This document shows, one piece after another, positions 26,309 to 30,440 of a stretch of DNA of 30,440 bases. Each line of letters opens with the position of its first letter. Within the stretch, counting starts at the first letter, position 1. This stretch comes from an uncultured Candidatus Saccharibacteria bacterium (lineage in GTDB: Bacteria > Patescibacteriota > Dojkabacteria > SC72), in the NCBI GenBank assembly GCA_964430365.1, contig CAYSEU010000002.1:1-30440 (forward strand). The letters are read 5' to 3'. The notes beneath the pieces were generated by a model, which was not told the origin of the DNA, searched no databases, and worked only from the letters and a program-made list of their open reading frames with translations. Both the position numbers and the translations under genes were made by a program.

Positions 26309-26935
26309 TTAAATATCTCTTCTACCCTCTAATGCCCTCTTTAAAGTCAACCTATCTGCATACTCTAAGTCAGCACCTGTAGGTAATCCCATTGCTAATC
26401 TTGATATATGTATTTTACCCTCTTTAAGCAAAATACTAAAGATATCTTGTATATATGCAGCAGTAGCTTCTCCCTCTAAACTTGGATTAGTAGCTACAAT
26501 TAACTCTACCTTTTTCTCACTCTCCTTTACTACACTATTAACCCTCTCCTCTAACTCCTTAAATCTTAACTCTGAAGCAGTAATACCCTCAGCAGGTGAT
26601 ATTACACCACCAAGTACAAAGTACAACCCATTGTATATACCAGAGTTTTCAAACGCTACAACGTCTAGAGGTTCCTCTACGATACATATAGTGGAGTGAT
26701 CTCTTAAATGACTACTACAGATATTACATATCTCTTCATCAGTAACATTAAAACATGAAGTACAAAATTTGGTCTTCTCATCCATCTCAATTAAAGCTTG
26801 ACCTAGCTTAGTAGCATCTTTGTTTGGAGAACGTAAATAGTGGTAAGTCATTCTAGAAGAGGACTTAGGACCTACTCCTGGTAGTTTACTAAATTCATTA
26901 ATTACATTTTCTACAGATTTAGGAAGTACAGACAT
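26309..26935 (-). CDS. recR: Recombination mediator RecR
   Basis: LPGVGPKSS, C4 zinc finger CTSC...CNIC, Toprim IVEEPLD, ATNPSLEGEATA. Confidence 0.96.
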   Translation of the reverse strand: MSVLPKSVENVINEFSKLPGVGPKSSSRMTYHYLRSPNKDATKLGQALIEMDEKTKFCTSCFNVTDEEICNICSSHLRDHSTICIVEEPLDVVAFENSGIYNGLYFVLGGVISPAEGITASELRFKELEERVNSVVKESEKKVELIVATNPSLEGEATAAYIQDIFSILLKEGKIHISRLAMGLPTGADLEYADRLTLKRALEGRRDI

Positions 26936-26936
26936 A

Positions 26937-27227
26937 CTAGCTAAACATACTCTTTATCTTGTCCAAGTCCATATCCTGTGCCATCTCCTTTTGTAAAGCC
27001 TTTTGGTAATCCTTAAATGCCTCTTTCACATCCTTTTTAAACCTATCCATCATACTAGCATCTAGTAGATTATCGTCTACCCATATATCTTCAAACTCCT
27101 GAGCACCATTCATAAATATTTTTAACATTCCATCTTTAGACTCACCAGATATTTTTTTCTCTCTTAATCTCTTCTGCATTTTTTTTGCTTCCATTTGCAT
27201 CTTTATTAACTCTTTAGGATTTAACAT
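26937..27227 (-). CDS. YbaB/EbfC family nucleoid-associated protein
   Basis: 96 aa between dnaX and recR; QMEAKKMQKRL...GESKDGMLKIFMNGAQE. Confidence 0.85.
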   Translation of the reverse strand: MLNPKELIKMQMEAKKMQKRLREKKISGESKDGMLKIFMNGAQEFEDIWVDDNLLDASMMDRFKKDVKEAFKDYQKALQKEMAQDMDLDKIKSMFS

Positions 27228-27283
27228 TACATTGTTTAGAACAAATTAAATATATACTACTAGGATTATACATAATTACTATA

Positions 27284-28876
27284 TTACATACCAGCAAAGA
27301 TTGCTTCTACATCAGGGCTGACCTTTCTAGGAGCAAACGTTTTCTTCTTCTCTACCCCTATCTTCTCTCCTTTCTTCTTTTCGAATACAGGAATATTTTT
27401 CAATACTACATCTGCATTAGATTGTAATTTAGGCTTTACATTCTCATTAACAACACATCTAAGCCTACAGTGAGTACCTAATACATTAAAGATTACCCCC
27501 CCAATTAAATCTCTACTAACAGGAGTATCTATCTGATCCTTGTAGAATTTAAAAGGTACCTCTATACACAATATATTCTTTTCTATACTAATGGGTTTAG
27601 ATGCACCTAAAAATGCAAAAAGGTGTGTATTAAGAGGTTTAACTCCCTGAGCTACCCTCTCCCAATTCTTTTCTACATCAGAGATATCTAACTCTATTAC
27701 ATCGCTATTAACCACCTCTACACTTTCACTCTTACCCTCTACAATCGTTGTACTTTTTCTTACTACTTTTTTTTCTGCAACAGGCTGTGTATCCTTTTTG
27801 TCTACGATTCCTTCTTTTGAGTACATTGGTATTAACATCTGTAATATTAATATCTGGTTTGTACTGTTTTTTAAATCCCTCTCCACATTAAGAAAATCTT
27901 TAATTAAGGAGAGTATCTCTCTTAATTGTAAACCCTTAGCAAAGGTATACTCTCCTACCTCTTTACCAGAAATCTTACCCACTAATACCTCACGCAATAC
28001 CTCTAGAGTAAAATTAGTAAACTGCACTAAGTTAGTACCCTTACTCTCTAGCTCCTTAATACACTCTAAAGATTTTTTAGAATCACCCTTTAAAAGAGAC
28101 GATATGAAATCATTAACCATATATACCTCAGGAATACCTAACACAGCTCTTACCTCATCCTCTGTAATCTTTTTAGCATCTTCACTCCTCAATTGGCTAT
28201 TAACTACAACATCTAGTAATGAAAGAGCATCCCTATAGCTACCTCTAGCATTTCTCACAATTATATCTAGCCCTTTACCCTCTACTTTTAACTTCTCCTT
28301 AGAAAGGATATTCTCTAATGTAATTCTAATCTCTTCCTCTGTACCCAACCTAAAATCATACCTTTGACATCTAGAAAGAATCGTAGCAGGTAACTTATGT
28401 ACATCAGTAGTAGCAAGTATGAATATTACATGCTCTGGAGGCTCCTCTAGAGTCTTTAAAAGAGCATTAAATGCCTCTGTGGTTAACATATGCACCTCAT
28501 CAATTACATATATCTTAAATCTCCCCTTACTAGGTACAAACTCTATCCTCTCCTTTAACTCTCTAATCTGATCTATCCCCCTATTAGATGCTGCATCTAT
28601 CTCAATCATATCCATAAAGTTACCATTAGAAATAGATTGACATATCTCACACTTGTTACATGGATTACCGTCTTTTTTAGGATTAAGACAATTAACAGCC
28701 TTAGAAAGTATCCTAGCAGTACTTGTTTTACCAGTACCCCTAGAACCAACAAAGAGAAAAGCATGAGAGAGCTGATTACTCTTAATCGCGTTTTTCAAAA
28801 GCTTTGTAATATGATCTTGTCCAACAAGTTCATCAAAGTTTTGTGCTCGATATTTTCTATACAGTACAGTGGACAT
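27284..28876 (-). CDS. dnaX: DNA polymerase III subunit gamma/tau
   Basis: LYRKYR.QNFDELVGQ, Walker A GSRGTGKT, zinc motif, IDEVHML, FNALLKTLEEPP, SRCQ. Start set at ATG 28876 from promoter spacing. Confidence 0.96.
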   Translation of the reverse strand: MSTVLYRKYRAQNFDELVGQDHITKLLKNAIKSNQLSHAFLFVGSRGTGKTSTARILSKAVNCLNPKKDGNPCNKCEICQSISNGNFMDMIEIDAASNRGIDQIRELKERIEFVPSKGRFKIYVIDEVHMLTTEAFNALLKTLEEPPEHVIFILATTDVHKLPATILSRCQRYDFRLGTEEEIRITLENILSKEKLKVEGKGLDIIVRNARGSYRDALSLLDVVVNSQLRSEDAKKITEDEVRAVLGIPEVYMVNDFISSLLKGDSKKSLECIKELESKGTNLVQFTNFTLEVLREVLVGKISGKEVGEYTFAKGLQLREILSLIKDFLNVERDLKNSTNQILILQMLIPMYSKEGIVDKKDTQPVAEKKVVRKSTTIVEGKSESVEVVNSDVIELDISDVEKNWERVAQGVKPLNTHLFAFLGASKPISIEKNILCIEVPFKFYKDQIDTPVSRDLIGGVIFNVLGTHCRLRCVVNENVKPKLQSNADVVLKNIPVFEKKKGEKIGVEKKKTFAPRKVSPDVEAIFAGM

Positions 28877-28883
28877 GATGTAC

Positions 28884-28912
28884 ATATTAAACTACAAAGA
28901 GAGTAGTAACAA
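28884..28912 (-). promoter_or_regulatory. sigma70 promoter of dnaX, leaderless geometry
   Basis: TTGTTA (28912-07), 17-nt spacer, TAATAT (28889-84), 7 nt, ATG 28876. Confidence 0.6.
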
Positions 28913-28934
28913 GTAAAAAATATTTACACACCTA

Positions 28935-30440
28935 CTAACCATTAATATCACTACTTTTTAAACCCTCAACAGCCTCAGACAAAAGACGTGTATACAATCC
29001 GTAACCAATTGAGTTAATTGCACCACTCTGTTTCTTACCTAAAATATCTCCTGCTCCTCTAATTTCTAAATCTCTATTAGAGAGTACAAAGCCAGATCCT
29101 AATGCCTCTGATTCTCTCAATGCTTCTAATCTTAGAGTCGCATCTCCCTTTAATTCGTCATACAGAAAACACGCATATGCTTGCTTTTCTCCTCTACCTA
29201 CCCTACCTCTAATCTGATACATTTGAGAAAGACCCAACCTATTTACATCATCCACTATTAAGGTATTCGCATTAGAAATATCTAAACCATTCTCAATTAT
29301 CGTTGTACAAAGTAGTACATCTATATCATGGTTAACAAACCTCTCCATTACCTCAATCAACCTATTACCACTCAACCTACCATGAGCTACCTCTATACGT
29401 ATATCAGGAAGCAACTCTCTCAACTTCTCCTCTAAACCATATATACTCTCTACACGGTTATGTAGGTAATATACCTGCCCATCTCTTTTTAACTCACGCA
29501 ATATATACTCTCTTACTTTCTCAAAACTAAACTTACTGAACTCATTTTTAATCTCTCTTCTACCTAAAGGGGGGATAGCGAGAACGGAGATATCTCTTAC
29601 TCCCATTAATGAGAGATTTAGAGTCCTAGGGATAGGGGTTGCAGTCATAGAGAGGACATGTGTATCTACTCTACTACCCTTAAGTTTCTCCTTCTGCTTT
29701 ACACCAAACTTCTGCTCTTCATCTACTACAAGTAATCCTAAATTCTTAAACTTAATACCCTGAGAAAGTATTGCATGAGTACCAATCAATATATCAATCT
29801 TACCCACATTTACATCCCTAGTAATTATCTCTTTCTCTTTACCTGTTTGTAACCTTGATATTAAGGATATATTGAATGGGTATTTCTTAAACCTTTCCTT
29901 AAAAACTCTTAAATGCTGATTAGCTAATACTGTTGTAGGAGCAAGAACAGCTACCTGCATACCACTATTTACTACCCCAAAGGTAGCTCTCATAGCGATT
30001 TCTGTTTTACCAAAACCAACATCTCCCACCAGTAACCTATCCATTGGTACATCCTTTTGTAAATCCTCCGATATCTTCTTACTAGCAATATATTGATCTT
30101 CTGTATCTGTATATTCGAAATCATTTACGAATTCCCAATATTCATCCGACTCTTTCTCATTAGAAATTACCATCTTAGACTTGGATATCTCTCTAAGTGC
30201 ATATATCTGAAGTAACTCCTTAGCAATATTTTCTACATCCTCCTTAGCCTTACTAGATACCCTCTTCCATACTCCACTATTTAATCCTGTAAGTATAGGC
30301 TGTGCCTTACCACTACCAATGTATTTCATAACCTTTTCAGAGGAATACAATGGTACATACAACCTATCATTTCCTGCATACCCTATCTCAATATATTGAG
30401 TACCTTCTTTTTCAATTAATCCTAGAAATTTTCCAATACC
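28935..30440 (-). CDS. mfd: Transcription-repair coupling factor Mfd, 5'-truncated by the window edge, lacking the C-terminal TRCF domain
   Basis: The frame is open to the window end: CarD/RID-like GIGKF...YAGNDRLYVP, Walker A GDVGFGKT, DEEQKFGV, TATPIPRT, QIRGRVGR, RDLEIRGAG. Stop follows LLSEAVEGLKSSDING. Confidence 0.9.
   Translation of the reverse strand, partial: GIGKFLGLIEKEGTQYIEIGYAGNDRLYVPLYSSEKVMKYIGSGKAQPILTGLNSGVWKRVSSKAKEDVENIAKELLQIYALREISKSKMVISNEKESDEYWEFVNDFEYTDTEDQYIASKKISEDLQKDVPMDRLLVGDVGFGKTEIAMRATFGVVNSGMQVAVLAPTTVLANQHLRVFKERFKKYPFNISLISRLQTGKEKEIITRDVNVGKIDILIGTHAILSQGIKFKNLGLLVVDEEQKFGVKQKEKLKGSRVDTHVLSMTATPIPRTLNLSLMGVRDISVLAIPPLGRREIKNEFSKFSFEKVREYILRELKRDGQVYYLHNRVESIYGLEEKLRELLPDIRIEVAHGRLSGNRLIEVMERFVNHDIDVLLCTTIIENGLDISNANTLIVDDVNRLGLSQMYQIRGRVGRGEKQAYACFLYDELKGDATLRLEALRESEALGSGFVLSNRDLEIRGAGDILGKKQSGAINSIGYGLYTRLLSEAVEGLKSSDING

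Noticed and set aside
27256-27261. Perfect TATAAT upstream of ybaB
   Set aside because: It lacks a properly spaced -35 or TGn extension, and isolated hexamers are common at this AT content.
87-28906. The many shadow ORFs (for example 87..356, 1441..1698, 2846..3295, 10246..10758, 14881..15462, 20935..21522, 23104..23307, 27798..28238)
   Set aside because: They overlap well-supported genes, mostly antisense and once in an alternate frame. They are Ser/Ile/Leu-rich in the way expected of reverse-strand reads of AT-rich coding DNA and show no recognisable motifs.
1-30440. CRISPR array or alternative genetic code (UGA=Gly/Trp)
   Set aside because: No spaced direct repeats were seen. Conserved genes are full length under code 11, and TGA acts as a stop (for example 15394-15392).

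Overview
This is a strongly AT-rich, tightly packed bacterial segment read in genetic code 11. Most genes lie on the minus strand, and convergent genes overlap at their 3' ends. Gene content and protein style suggest a Patescibacteria (CPR) genome, most likely Dojkabacteria/WS6 (inference only). Housekeeping genes: prmC, HtrA and S41 proteases, rpsF-ssb-rpsR, ychF, CCA-adding enzyme, tRNA-Ser(UGA), rnhC, cysS, dnaX-ybaB-recR and a partial mfd that lacks its C-terminal domain. Three less ordinary modules stand out. (1) An operon joining a beta-CASP metallo-beta-lactamase nuclease to the archaeal-type nucleoside-salvage enzymes ribose-1,5-bisphosphate isomerase and AMP phosphorylase; no RuBisCO is in the window. 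(2) A coupled pair of a degenerate GlmL-like (actin-fold) protein and a barrel-sandwich-hybrid protein of unknown function. (3) A four-gene secreted/membrane-anchored cluster next to tRNA-Ser that looks like a WxL/pilin-like surface fibre with two membrane-tethered chaperone-like proteins and no usher or sortase. Nearby envelope genes are an LPxT-tailed protein, a CDP-alcohol phosphatidyltransferase and a lone ddl. Several genes have sigma70 promoters placed for leaderless translation. I found no CRISPR array, integrase or transposase. All family assignments come from motif recognition by eye, not from database searches.
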